The notes below the pieces were generated by a model, which saw only the letters and a program-made list of their open reading frames with translations, did no database searches and was not told where the DNA came from. Shown here piece after piece: positions 1 through 14,204 of a DNA stretch of 64,000 nucleotides (positions within the stretch are counted from its first letter, which is position 1; the number at the start of each line of letters is the position of its first letter). The DNA is from Adineta vaga (taxonomy: Eukaryota > Animalia > Rotifera). The stretch is taken from positions 2,232,001 through 2,296,000 of the forward strand of contig CP075494.1 in assembly GCA_021613535.1 (NCBI GenBank), in the 5' to 3' direction. The position numbers and the translations under genes are program-made.

Positions 1-1192
1 ATTCATCTCCTATCACCATTGGATATATTGAGAAAGGTGGTTCTGCTGATTGTGATGGTCGTTTAAAGTCAGATGAATTTTTATCTATGAATTGCTAATT
101 TTATTTATCTTTTTAAGACTTAATGATATTATATTACAAGTCAATGGAACCACTTTTGTAGGAATTAGTCATAAGAAAGCGCTTCTTGTATTTAAAAATG
201 CCAATACATCAATTAAAATGGTAATATTTATACATAATTAAAGAAATGAAATATTCTTTTTTCTTCTTTTAAGACTATTCAACGTGAGGCATCTTCTAAG
301 AAAGATCGATCAGAAATGTTTTCAAAACTAGCGAATATTGATAATCAAGTTAAAAATACCGAAGTATATTCTTCATATTTCTTCGTCATTCTTAATAAAT
401 TTTGTACAATTTTAGAAAGAAATATTGAACTCTAAACGAACACACTATACAAATAACAAACCTACTAATGAATTCGATATTGGAATTTACAAAGATTTAG
501 AACAACGAACTGAACGTGGAGGTGATCTTAAGATTTATCATTTAATCCCAAATTATATTGCCTGTAGAATTATTCCTGAATACAACGAAGAAGAAGCTAT
601 TTGCATTGTTCTACGACAATCAAAACGTCGTCCAATACGTGCTTCATGCGAAGATCTTTATGATTTACTTTTATCTATGAATGAAACAAAAAAAATCTTA
701 GCTTCTGCTATCGGATGCAACATTCAATTGAAACCCATTCCAGGTCCAGTTTTACTCGAAGCAATTCGACAACATTGTCAGAGATTTCCGTATATTTATG
801 CCAAAATAGATCAAAACAGATCAAATATGAAAGCTAATCTGATTACTTGTAATGGAAATGAATTAGCGATACTAATTCCTTTTATAGATTTGAAATCCAT
901 TGGTAATATTGAAGATATTCTTCGATATGGAAATTGTGTGAAAGATCTTCCTCTTCCAATTTATTATTTTCTTGTTGAAAAAAAGATGGAAAGATCAATG
1001 ACACGTGCAGATTACGATGATCTGTCAGAGATTTATGTTGTACATCGTGATATTAATCCATTTACCAACAAACCAAGATGTTTAACAATACAAATTGAAT
1101 TTGATTCATCGGATATAGAGAAAGAAGAGACTGACAAATACATAAAATCGACTAAAACATATCATTATAACATTATTTCTAAATATAAATAG
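1..1192 (+). CDS. PDZ-domain protein, 3' part (5' end outside window)
   Basis: Spliced reading SSPITIGYIEKGGSADCDGRLK-LNDIILQVNGTTFVGISHKKALLVFKN is a PDZ motif; GT-AG introns 68-117, 221-273 and 364-415 join it in frame to ORF 425-1192. Confidence 0.75.
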
Positions 1193-1824
1193 TTTTTCTT
1201 AGTGTGCTCAAAAACTAATGAAGTATCAATCTTCTTAGATCATCCTTATATTTACTGTAGTCAAACAGACAGAAAATTTGGTAATCTCACTTTTTGACTG
1301 CTCCAATTGTGATATGTGACTATCGCTTCAGCATAAAATGTATATAATGTACATTTATGAGTACTACAACAACTATATGTTGTTGAGGAAGAAAAGAACA
1401 AGTGACAATATCACCAACTTATTCCATCGACTCGATTGCAAGCCTTCATTATTTGATTATGTTCTGCTCTCTTCTCATAGCATAAAATAAGTCATTATGT
1501 ATCAACTTTTTTCTTTTTCTATCATAGGTACATAGTTCGTTCATGACATAGAAGCGTGAGGACAAGCCACACATTTCAGTTAAATAAAGTAGTAGTATAT
1601 AAAAGTGCACGTAGGTTGAAATATCAATCATTTTTTCTATACTCTCCATTGACAAGCATATTCACATACGTGTACATATTAGGAATCCTTTTAAAGCAAG
1701 CGTAAACATCTAGTTGCACAAGAAGAATAGTTCTGTTACTAATCCGAAACCTCTTTCACTTCACTAATTTATAAATATACGTATATTAGAGCAATTCATA
1801 AAGAAAAGAAAAAATACACCAAAT

Positions 1825-3494
1825 ATGACAGATTCGACTATCAAACATATAACTACTGTATTTCCTGTCAATGTTGAAGCGTTAAAACCAAACCTTCAAA
1901 TTTCTCGACGTCGTTCTATCATTCGAGAGTTCAGTCTCAACACTACTGCTCATGGTATTCCTGGCATTGCACGAAGTAAAAGTATACCAAATCGAATCTT
2001 CTGGACTATATCAACCATAGCTTTTACGGGTATTCTGCTCTACTTCATCATTCAATCAATCAAAGGTTACTTCAGTTATCCGTCACAAACCTTATTAGGT
2101 CCTTATGAAGAATGGCCACAAATATTCCCCGCAGTAACTATCTGCAATTATTCTCCACTTCGTCTTGACCTTTTTATTGGACCATTTCTCAACTATACCC
2201 GTTCGTTGAATTTGACTCAATCAAATGATACAACTAAAATTACTCGTATTCAAGCATCATACATTCGAGATTTTTTTCAATATAAACTTAATCGAGGTGA
2301 AACATTGAATGAATATTTCTTTTCTCTCGATTCAATGCTCATCAGTTGTGTTTACAATAGACAAAATTGTTCCACAGATGATTTTACACCAATTCTCTCA
2401 GATCTCTACGGTCTTTGTTATACATTCAATGCGAAAAATAAACAAATTAGAAATGGAAGTTTATTCTCTATTAGTGATAATGGAGCGCTTGGTTTATTAA
2501 GTTTACAACTCTATACTCATAGCCATCAATATGTCCCGTATTTCTCAGATGGTACGTCCAGACCATTATTTTTTACATATATGTATGTCCAAAATGATTG
2601 ACTTTTGTTTTTCAATAGCGAGTGGTATTGCTGGTGCAGTTCATGATAATGCAGAAATTCCTTTGGTTTTACAATCGGAAACATTTTTTGGACCCGGAAA
2701 AAAACATCGAGCGAGTTTTAATAAGGAAAAATATGTTTTCCTTGGTCCACCATATGCAGAGTGTCGTGATGATATTCCACCAATGTTACAATCAACATAC
2801 CATCTATTTAGCAATGCTGACTACACGTATTCACCATATCAATACTTTTATGTTTGTATGCAAACGTATACGTGAGTATTCTGATCAGTTTCACTTGTCA
2901 TTTGTTGTTGTTTTTTCTTATAGCTATCTTACATGCGGATGTCTAAATCCAGATTTCTGGTCTATGAAATATATTGTCCTAAGTAATAGTACTGAACCAA
3001 TTACTACGGTGCCTCTATGCAATGTAACTGATTCATGTTATAAAGAAGCAATCGATCGATTTCAATTGACTTCAGAGATTTGGGATATTTATTGTCCGAA
3101 GCAAATATCTAAATGTTCATCAACGAAGTTTACTACAAGATTTTCTTCACTTACGGCACCATCCCCATGGTTGATGGATGACATCAAAGCGTTTGTAAAC
3201 TCTTCGAATGTACCATTACCAGAGAATTGGGAACAAACATGGCGAACAGAAATTCAGAATAGTTATGTTGCTATTGATTTTGCTTGTGAATCACTCATGG
3301 TTGAGAGTTTTGAACAATCAGAATCTATTACTTTTGTGGATCTGATATCTACTATTGGTGGACATACAGGTCTATGGATTGGTATTAGTTTTTTATCATT
3401 AATGGAAATTATTGAAATGACCTATCGTCTTATTCGACATCATTGTCTTTTACTACAACGGAGAATACAAGGCGAATATAATATACACTTGTAA
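1825..3494 (+). CDS. DEG/ENaC (ASIC-like) amiloride-sensitive channel subunit
   Basis: TTAHGIP N-terminal motif, TM1, FPAVTICN, YGLCYTFN, Cys-rich region, TM2 IGGHTGLWIGISFLS; introns 2552-2618 and 2872-2923 join the three ORF pieces in frame. Confidence 0.93.
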
Positions 3495-4360
3495 CTAACT
3501 CATATTCATTACCAAAACGAGTAATAATGGCTAATACATCGTAAAGAGAAATAAGAGATATTTCAGCTTGAATATTCTTCTAGAGCAAGATCATTTAAAA
3601 TCGATTCACTAGTTGAGTTTATCAAGAATTGACTGTCTCTCAAAATTGAATGATTAATTTTAGTAAAAGTTCCACTTGGATCAATACAATTATTACATAT
3701 AATATCATTAGAAGGGAAATAATTTGAAGTCAACGGATCAATTGTCGATCAGTATTAAATATAAATATACTAATAATATGCAAATTTTTAGCACAATACA
3801 TACGTTATCAAAGATACTAAGAATAGTTTTTATTAGTCTTATTGAGTATTCAACAACGCGGTGATTGAAAAACAATCCTAAAAGAATTGTTAATATACAG
3901 CCAAAATATATGCTCGAGCCTATTTTAATATCATAGTAGGTTAAGATGACTTAAAATTCGGAAACAAGAAAAATTTCTCTTTAAAACGCACAAAACACGT
4001 GACGATAAAAAGGAGAAAATATGCCACGTATCCATATAACCTGTATAAATGATGAGTGAAAATCTCGCCTATTTTCGTCACCATTTCAAAATTGATGGAT
4101 ACTAAAATTTGACCGATATGTTTTTCATCATATTAGTTACTTCTTAGTTTATACTTCCTTCATTTTCATCTGCACAGAGAATCATTTGATTTTTTTTATG
4201 TTGGTCTCGAGAACTTCAATGGAATTGAACAATAAAGTCTCTGTTACTATTATTATTAAATTATAGTGAGATAGAAAAATAGCCAGGTCTATAAAATACC
4301 AGCCTGTTTGGACCTCCAATAGGTATTACAATATCTTATCATACCACAAAAATAGTTCAT

Positions 4361-4657
4361 CTATGAGTAAGATCTCGAGCTATATCTTCTGGTACGATCA
4401 TTAGGTCTTGGGTTTGATGCATTTGACTGATGTGTCTGTTGAATTTCGTTTTCAATTGAATCCAATCTTTCTTTTATTTGATTTCGTGCCAAGATCATAT
4501 CTTCAAATATTTCGTTTTTGACCATGATATGCTTTCTCGAATGAAATTCAATTTCCATTACTGTTGATATCATCTCGTCCATACGTCTGCTAAAAACTTC
4601 AATATCTTTTACAATATCATGATTTTTCTTGATGACTTTTAATTGATCATAACTCAA
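4361..4657 (-). CDS. short hypothetical coiled-coil-like ORF (98 aa)
   Basis: Charged, protein-like composition unlike random AT-rich ORFs; non-ATG start and no recognisable family. Confidence 0.25.
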   Translation of the reverse strand: MSYDQLKVIKKNHDIVKDIEVFSRRMDEMISTVMEIEFHSRKHIMVKNEIFEDMILARNQIKERLDSIENEIQQTHQSNASNPRPNDRTRRYSSRSYS

Positions 4658-4878
4658 AAGTGTTCACTACCTTATCCTATCTTCTAATTATCATACAATA
4701 GGACTACTCTATCACTAGTTCAAAAACTATTGCATGATTAAGAAGCAATCTTAACAAAATATCAATTCACGGCATGGAAATATCTATGACATATAAGACA
4801 TAAGAAAATCATCATCGTCACCCTGAATCTCAAGATTTTACAATTAAGTAATCTTTATTAACAACATTGAAAAGAAGA

Positions 4879-5795
4879 TTAACATCGAAAGCAAATTTTA
4901 ATTTTGTTTATAAAAAATTCTTTTAGTTCATAATTATGTATAAATATATTCGTAATAATACCCATTATACATATTTCACTAAATAAAATAGTAGAAGCTA
5001 CGATTATTGTATTAACTTTTTTCAATTGAAGAATAATATTAACAATAAAAACAGGAGACCATCCACAAATAAACATTAAAAACATCAAAATCATTTGTCT
5101 TAATAATGAAATTTCTCGACGACTAATTTTGAGTATTTGTTGTCGTTGTCTCCGTTGATTCATCATTTCACTTGTCCATGCACTCAATACTTGTGGTTGA
5201 ACACGACGAGTCGACGACCGAACATGAAGAAAAATCAAAGTATTTAATATAAGATTAATCAATGAAGGTAACACGACAGCTGTAATAAATGTATAAATTG
5301 TCATCCATAATTCATTTGAGCATTGCTACAATATAGATTAATTCGCTTTGCTAAAATATAATATAGAATACTCACCCGATGTGTTCGAAAAACAAATGGT
5401 AATGAAATAAGAAATTGTATAAACCAATGACTTGAAATACAAATGATAATCCATTTCTTTGTTTTAAAAAATTGTTTTGTATGATAAAGAAGAGAACAAA
5501 AACGTTGAATTGTAAAAGCAACAAATGCAAATGGAATTCCAATAGAAGCAATATTAAATATATAAAAGAAGAGAATACATATATCTGGTCTAATATAATA
5601 ATCCAGAACGGTAAAATGAACGAAAAAATACATACATGCAATAATTATAGATACACATATATCAACGATAAATATGTTATTTGGATGATGAAAACGTCGA
5701 ATAAATAATATTGAAAATGAATATAAAAAAGATATGAATGATAAACCAATGAACAAAGATTGCATGAGAAGAAAGGACACATAAATTAAATCCAT
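4879..5795 (-). CDS. orphan rhodopsin-family GPCR, paralog A
   Basis: Seven hydrophobic segments, IQRF at the DRY position, CGWSP in TM6; intron 5326-5375 joins HR|QCSNELWMTIY in frame. Confidence 0.88.
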
Positions 5796-6365
5796 ATTTT
5801 CAGAATAAATGAAATGTATCAGAAAAGAAAAACTTGTGTTGTCAAGTTCAGAGAATTTAATCTTTTTTTAAAACAAAAATTAAATGTCGCCTCTTCTCTC
5901 AAGAAGATTACATTTTGTAATTTGTGTTACTTTCACATAATCACAAAAACTAATTGATGACATTCGAAATTGATTGTATATTTAATTAATTTTAATTTTG
6001 AATAAATTTAGAAGTCAATATGTTCTATTTCAAGTTCAAATAATCTAATCATATATCGTGATCTATGAAGTTCTTGATAATTAGTTATTCTATGTGTCAT
6101 ACACAGATTCTTATTTTGAAATTTTTTTTCTTTAATCAACAAATTTCATCATTATTCTTATCGATGTATCCTTATGAATCTTTATATAATCTTGTTAAAA
6201 TGTCGAATACATTGACTAAATGTGATAATAATGATGTACAAGGTCAACAGTACGTTCTTTGTGGACAAAACTTTCATATAATCACAAATGGAGACCAAAT
6301 ATACTCAAACAACTCTACTGAAAATTTAAAATAGATAATCTTTATTAATTAAATTGAAAAGAAGA

Positions 6366-7273
6366 TTAACATCGAAAGCAAATTTTAATTTTGTTTATAA
6401 ACAATTCTCTAAGTTCATAATTACGTACGAATAAATTGAAAATTATACCAATTACACATATTTCACTGAATACCATTGACATAACTGGAATTATAAAATC
6501 AAGATCTATTAGTAAAATCATAATATTAATCAAAAGAGTTGGAATCCATCCACAAATAAACATTAAAAACATCAAAATCATTTGTCTTAATAATGAAATT
6601 TCTCGACGACTAATTTTCGGTATTTGTTGTCGTTGTCTCTGTTGATTCATCATTTCACTTGTCCATGCACTCAATACTTGTGGTTGAACACGACGAGTCG
6701 ACGACCGAACATGAAGAAAAATCAAAGTATTTAATATAAGATTAATCAATGAAGGTAACACGACAGCTGTAATAAATGTATAAATTGTCATCCATAATTC
6801 ATTTGAGCATTGCTACAATATAGATCAATTCACTTTTCTAAAATATAATATAGAATACTCACCCGATGTGTCCGAAAAACAAATGGTAATGAAATAAGAA
6901 ATTGTATAAACCAATGACTTGAAATACAAATGATAATCCATTTTTTTGTTTTAAAAAATTGTTTTGTATGATAAAGAAGAGAACAAAAACGATGAATAGT
7001 AAAAGCAACAAAAGAAAATGGTATTGCTATACAAGCGATGTTAAAAGCATAATAAAGAAGAGTACATAATGTTGATTCTTTAGTATTAGACAGAAGTAGA
7101 AAATAGATAAAAGTATAAACACATGTTAGAATTATAGAAATACAAATATTAAATATAAATAGATTATTAGAATGACGAAAACGTCGAACAAATAAAATAA
7201 AATATAAATATATAAAACATAAAAGTGTTATAAAAAGAAACAAAATTTGCATAATCAACAATACAACTTGCAT
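6366..7273 (-). CDS. orphan rhodopsin-family GPCR, paralog B (tandem copy)
   Basis: Same architecture (IHRF, CGWIP) and homologous intron 6813-6862; central region nearly identical to paralog A. Confidence 0.88.
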
Positions 7274-8063
7274 GTCGAGTGGAATTTCAATTAGCTGAAT
7301 GATTATAGGAAAAAAAAGATGCTTGAGTAAACGATGTCTTTATTCTAAAGAAGATTAATTTTCATAAAAGGGCTTGTCTACACAATGACGCGACACTTCG
7401 ACCATTAAGTATTTTATTCAGAGTTGAAAGCGAGCGCATACATCATGTTTTAGAGCATGTCCGCAAGCGTCAGAAAATGTACTTTTTTTTCAAAAAAGTG
7501 TGATTTTTTATCTGACCAAGTATAGATAAGAAGTTCTAGGATGAGAATATTTTTGGAAAAGTTTTAATGCAAGAGAATTAGATAATGATCTTCTCTATGA
7601 CCTATGATGAACATTGTTAATTTAGGTAATACTCGATTGTAGTTTTTGAATCATTATATCGTTGTATTTTTATCATTTTTTTCATATGTGCAAGTAATCT
7701 GAAAATTTTTACCAACTTTTATTTCTTGACATCCAAATAGTTCCCTGTTTCTCATCGCTAAAACACCAGAGCGTTTTAGTGAAAATACTATTTGAAAAAA
7801 GTACAAATTTCTCTCTTTCAGAATGTTAACATGATTATTAAGTTCTTCTTCAATCGTTCTGATAATAACATATCTAGTTAAACTGACCAATGCGCTATAC
7901 CCTCGTACTTTATTTCTGAAAATGTAAACATGATGATGTTGATGAAAAAGAACACGATGAAATAAAAAAATCTTAAATATCATTGGTTATAGCATAAGGT
8001 TAGACTAAACTGAAGAAACAAAAATATGTAAAGATTGTCTTTTAGATAAAAACTGAAAAAAAA

Positions 8064-10866
8064 CTATAATGGTTCAACAAGGATTCTTTCAATATTTTCT
8101 AAAAATAATCCTTGAAATTGTCCGGGAGTAAGTTGTGGCAACTTTATTGACACATGATATTCCACATTGGGCTGTGTAACAATATTTGTTAAATCTATAT
8201 AATATCCCATAAATCGTTGTACATCAATATGATCACGTGTATTATATCCTCCATGTACAACAACGGGATTATTATCGATCTGTGCAGTTATATTCCATTG
8301 AGCATCTGGATTGACAATACATATGAATAATAAAAGACGATGTGGTCCTAACCATGATGCATCATTTAATTCTTTTTCAGTCCATTTAATTGGATAGTCG
8401 GATTGACGTTTTTGCAATTGTTTTAATACTAAATCACTGACAATGATAGTATTATTTAGAACTTCAGCTGAACGTGGTAAATATAAACCAGGAAATGATA
8501 GATTAGCATTTAAGCTAAGGAATTGAAGGGTTTGTTGAAATGTCATTTCTTTTCCATTTACGAAAACATTCGATATAGTTCCGTTTGTTGGTAAGATAAC
8601 GAAAAGAGGAAACGTTGTTTGTGTACCAGGTTCTCCACAAACACCATCAATTCTTAAAATAGTTTGTCTTTCTATAGAAGCATTTCCTGTTGCTCCAATA
8701 ACAATCGGTTGATCAATGCCTGAAGTGATTGGAATAAATATAATTTGATAAACAGTTACACTTTGTCCATCTAATAGAAGTCGAATGCTATCATTATAAT
8801 TAGCAGAATCTACAAATCTTTCTTGTGGATAAATTTCTTTTAATAATGAATAACCATTCTCCACAGGCTGTTGTAAATTTAATTTTCCATCAAATGTAAT
8901 CGTTCTTTCTACTTGTTTATAACTTGGATTAAATAAAAATAAAAATCCTTCATAACCATTTGATTTCATTAATGACCAATCTTCTTCTGCATTAAATGGG
9001 ATACCATTTCGAATTTCTTCAACATGTTCATCTGTCCATTTTAACCAATAAGTCCAAAATTGTATGAATTCTTCTGGTAATAATTGAAATTCTTGTAAAT
9101 CTCTTGCAGGTAACATCGTATGGACAAGATTTAAACCTGCTGTTGCTATATTTGCTAATAATGAATATGAAAAACCCAACAGATCAAAATCTCTTAAATC
9201 ATTATCCGACCATGGCAGACTTCCATCAGCAGCCCATCGTTCTGTTTGATGACCAATAAAACCAGGAATGACATCCATTGATGCAAAATGGTGTAAACGT
9301 AATTGTACATTTCCTCTGCGCATAAAATCTGCAGAGACTTTATCTGTATGTAGTGTTGGATTTAAAATTGGATATGTTTCAGGATTTTCGTCATCTAACA
9401 ATGGTGATGTGTAACCATTGAGTGTTATCCATGACCATGGACCATCAAATTGTGATGCATAACGATGATCCATAATTAAATGAGGTAAAGCAATAATTAA
9501 TTCACTACGAATCCATTGCCAACCACGCCATTGACTATATGTTGTATGATTATAATCATAAAAAAAATTATAATCCCATGCATATCCACCAATACCTAAA
9601 TCATTTCGAATAATTTATTAGAATTCAAAGTTTGAATTTACCTGTCACTTGTGCAAAATCGATTAATAATTGTAAAAAATATTGTTGAAATTCAATACTT
9701 GCTAAAGATGCACAAACAGTTCTACAATGTATACTTGGATATAACCATGCTTGATCTCTTCCTTCAGATCGATAACCTAATGGTGGATAAACATAGGGAA
9801 CTAATTTAACTTGTTTCAATTGTGCGTAATCTAATAATTCTTGAATAGTTGGAGGTATTGGATCACGACGAGGTTTCCATTGTTCTAGACGAATTTTTTG
9901 ACCTAATGTTAAGAAAAGAACAGATTCCCAATTCCAATCATCGGTTGATTGATCACGACTCGATACATTTGCATTCGATGGAGCAAATGTAATACTTTTT
10001 ATTCCAACTTGAGAACAACGATCAATTAAACGTTTGTATTCATCGATACCCTGTTGAGTCGAAATGTCGATTTGATAATCGTTACTATCCCAACCAACAG
10101 CATGTTTTATTGATTGTACACGTGCTGGAGCAGGATAAAAAAATGTAGTTGCTTTTTCATAAGCTGCTCTTTCAGCGTAATTGATATCGCTGGTATGCCA
10201 ATATGGAGATAATTGATAAAAACCAATAAGAAAACCTTCACTTAAATAAGATGAACTGATACCGATTGAATATGAGCTATTTACTACTTGATTATTAGAT
10301 GCAACAGAATAATGACCATATGGATTTTGCCATGTAGCAAATATTCCTAATGCTGATGAATTAGATCGTAAAAAAATGGTATGTTGTTTATTTCCATCTT
10401 GCCAATTTTGAATAATTGAGACAGAAGGAATATTTAAATTAACAATAGTAAATGCTGTTTGGATGGATGTTATATTTCGATTATTAATATTGGCAAAATA
10501 AATTTGTTTTTGAACAAATTCCCAGTTGGATTTCAAAGTATAGATTGTTGTTAATTGATAATTTGTTGAATCCGAACATGAATAAGTAAAATTAATCGAA
10601 TTTATATCTTGATTATAATTGATTAATTTCAAACAATTCAGAGGAAGATTGTCGACGGACATAACACTTGTTTCATTATTTATTGTAATTAATTGAGATT
10701 TATAATTAAATGAAACGATTCGCCCACTGGATAAATCGAACTGCACAGTTAAATATTCATTAGATAATTCAAATAAATTTTTACCATGAACACGATTGAT
10801 TACTGGATTCGAATAAGTAAGAGAAGCAAATGTCAATGCAAAAATGATATAAAATATCATATGCAT
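8064..10866 (-). CDS. secreted putative glycoside hydrolase, clan GH-D (GH27/GH36)-like; HGT candidate
   Basis: Signal peptide MHMIFYIIFALTFASLTYS; a 46-bp intron 9596-9641 joins ORFs 9625-10929 and 8064-9473 in frame via GIGGYAWDYN, resembling the GH36 GIDYIKWD nucleophile strand. Gene model is solid; function is inferred. Confidence 0.6.
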
Positions 10867-10989
10867 TTTGGAATTTACTCTAGAAGAAATATAGAGAATA
10901 GACACTGAACGAAGGAAAAGATAAAACATAAATCTTATCTTTGATTGTAATCTGAATAATTTTGAATAGAGAGAGAGAATATCATTGAT

Positions 10990-11621
10990 CTATACTAAGA
11001 GTGCTAATTACAACTCGCGGCACAACTGTAGATACTCAACAAATTTGTTCCCGGAGCCCTATCGCCAAGTTATACTATGAGAGAGAGAAAAATTATCCTC
11101 ATTTCTGATTCGCCTAGAATAGTGAATAACGAGAATTGAGTGAGAGTGGGAGTGGGTCTCAGAAAAACACCCACCAACAGTCACATCGAGAGAGATGTTG
11201 ATCAGTGTGGAGAATAGGATTACCGTTCAGCAAGCTAACGATGTGATGATGAGCCTCTGTAGTTGCGTTGTGCCTTGTGGATAGTAGTGTATATTTAAGG
11301 TACACTCATTTCATGTACAATTGCAAAGACAACTTTCTCCTTTGAGAGCTTAGGACTCACCTGTTGAAAATGAATGTTCGTATGTGTGATGAGAAGTGGG
11401 GACTAGTTACCTTTATATAGGTTTTTTTTTCTTGTCTTTTTGTTCCTGAGTTATCATTTTATCTCATACGAACAACGTTATTTCAACAAAAGAAACTCTT
11501 CACAATCTATAAAAAGAAACGATGTTTATCAAAATGAATTTTATCGTGGAGAATTTCATCTATCTGCGCATATGAAAGCTGTAACTAAGAATGTACCGAG
11601 ACTAAAACGTACTTAGTATAG
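10990..11621. mobile_element. possible old non-autonomous TIR element
   Basis: 10-bp inverted ends ctatactaag / cttagtatag around a somewhat GC-richer stretch; no clear TSD. Confidence 0.25.
11355..11421 (-). promoter_or_regulatory. candidate TATA promoter and short first non-coding exon
   Basis: Minus strand CTATATAAAG (11420-11411) followed ~50 nt later by a consensus donor CAG|GTGAGT (11361/11360), upstream of and co-oriented with the hydrolase gene. Confidence 0.35.
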
Positions 11622-11962
11622 TTTGACTTGTTTCTTCTAGAACAATCCCGAAGACTACGAGATTTCTATTGTGAAAAATTAAAAATAGTTGTAAATACTA
11701 ATTATGTCGGGAAAAAGAAGCTGAAAGAGAACACTTCTACGTTCTTTTATTTTTTCGATAACACCGTCAGCTGGAAGAATAAAAAAAACATTTTTCTAAT
11801 TCATTAAGCAAAAACCTTGTAATGTTTGAGCTGCTAAAACTGTTAGTATTTTGGATGTATGTACTATGCTACGTATCTCTTACCTAGCCATAATTGACCC
11901 ACGCTCACACCCATCCTCATTGTTGTGATTAATTAGCTGAGATACATCAATTACACTAAGAA

Positions 11963-12006
11963 GAGGGTGTGGGTGTGGGTGCCTCTTCTGCACCACACCC
12001 ACACCC
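11963..12006. repeat. telomere-like inverted hairpin element
   Basis: gagggtgtgggtgtgggtg-cctcttctg-caccacacccacaccc; member of a dispersed family (see findings). Confidence 0.75.
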
Positions 12007-12467
12007 AAGATTGTCACAATGTTACGAAAAGATCGGATTTCAAAATTTCGAGCAATCAGTTACACAATACTGATAAATAAACTAGTGGACTATTGCTAAC
12101 TCTTCACGGTGATTCTGACAGACTACTTTTCTTCGTAATAATAATGCTTTTCAAAAGAGATAACTGTAACTTGGTGATAAAAACTTCATTTTTAAATCAT
12201 CATTGGGATGGTTTTTGAGGGTGTAGATATGAAGATATAAGAGGGAGATCCACACCCATTCTCATACTTCTAGATAGGCAAAAGCATTTTTTGTAATAAA
12301 TAACATTTCAACACAAATTTTGTTATTAATGAAATATGATTGTGAAATAACAAAACATGTAGATTTCGTATGTCGACAAACAATTCTTTTTCTTTCTTTT
12401 GTCAACAATGTTTTTTTTTCTTCTTCCTATTCTTTCTATATAACACTAATATCCATTCATAAGCTTC

Positions 12468-14204
12468 ATGGAGAAAATGAAACGACAAAATAATATTATT
12501 GATGATAATCGCAAAAAAAAGTTTGCAAATGATTTGAAAATGTAAGTGTAAAAAAATTCTATTTTTTATTTTAATATTTGCTTTTTTCTATAGTTTATCA
12601 AGAAATCGTTTTCTTACTCGTTTTGAAGATCTTTCAAATGAAATTCTTTATGAAATATTTCTCAATCTTAATATTCGATTTTCAAATCTTCAACTTTTAT
12701 CTTTATCAAAATCAACTTATAAACAAATTTTTCTACCTAATCAACATCGAATTAAATTTCTCTATTTATTATTGATGAAATATTTACATTAAATTCTATT
12801 CGATTGTTAAAATTACCAAGACTTGAAATACTTATTTTGAATAATATTCAATCAAAAGATTTGAATAATTTACTTAAAAATCAACATATTCTACCCTGTT
12901 TATCATCTTTAACAATCAATTCTAATGAACCAATTGAAAATGAATTATACAAACAAATCCTTTCAATATCAACATTAAAATATGTAAATTTATCATTAAT
13001 TGATAATGATAATTCTAATACATTACCATTTGAAAGAACAAATTTCAGTTCTATTAAACATTTTATTCTAAATAATTTATATTCTTATGTTAATCTAAAT
13101 AATCTTTTATCTTATCTACCTTATGTTACTCATTTATCAATTACTTCTTCTATTATACAAACAGAATTCAATTTCATTTCATTAAAATATTTAACACATG
13201 TTTCTTTGAATGTTTTAAATATTAATTTTAATCAATTTGAATCGATTGTTCAATCTTGTTTTACTCAACTTCAAGTTTTATATATTTCAAATGTTAATCA
13301 AAAAGATTATTTAGATGCAAATCGATGGCAAACATTAATTTTATCTTCTATGATTTATTTAAGAATTTTTAATATTTATTTTACTTATTGTTTAAATTGG
13401 ACGGAAAATATAAATGATTTTATTTATTTAATTAATAAATTTAAAACATCATTTTGGTTTGAACGACAATGGTTTTTTCAATATTATATTGATCAACAAA
13501 GATCAAATCAACCAATGTTCGCTTTCTATTCAATAAATCCATACAGGTAAATAGTAGTGAATTGCGGTGATTTCTATTTTATTTCATAGGAGAAAACATT
13601 ATATATTAAATGAAGAACTAAACAAAAATAGTCGAAAAATATTAATGAATTCAGTTCATCAAATTGAAATTCAAAGTGAAAAATCAATAATTAATTGTTC
13701 AAATTATTTTCCAAATGTAACTGAATTAATTCTTTCATTTAAATATGTTCAACGATGTCAAATTCAACTTTCTACTAGTCTTAATAATATCATACCATTA
13801 AATCAATTGACTAAATTGATTCTGCATTAAATGAACATTCAGATTTATCATTTATTCAACAAAATCATACTTTTCAATCGGTATCAAACAAAAATAATAT
13901 TCAAAATATGATAATTCGATATAAATGCACATTAAAAGAAATATATTTTTTTGTTCATCTCTTTCCTCGATTACAACAGTTAACAATAGAAAAATGTGAC
14001 AAGAATTTAGAATCATTTTTTCGATGTTTATTGACAAATATTGATAGAAAACTTAAGGATTTACATTTATTATGTATTACATTAATGAATCAAAAAGAAA
14101 CACAAATATTAGAAACATTAAATAAATCAGAAAAACTTCTTAATCAATCTTCGTTACAAATTAAATATGATAAGCATGACAATAGAACGTATTTATGGTG
14201 GTAA
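12468..14204 (+). pseudogene. F-box/LRR-like gene, disrupted
   Basis: TRFEDLSNEILYEIF F-box-like start after intron 12542-12593, LRR-like segments, YLDANRWQTLI and FWFERQWFF motifs; frameshift near 12775-12790 and stop at 13828-13830. Confidence 0.75.

Noticed and set aside
7440-7935. Degenerate inverted similarity (7473-7500 versus 7782-7811), possible old MITE
   Set aside because: Mostly A/T runs, no definable termini or TSD.
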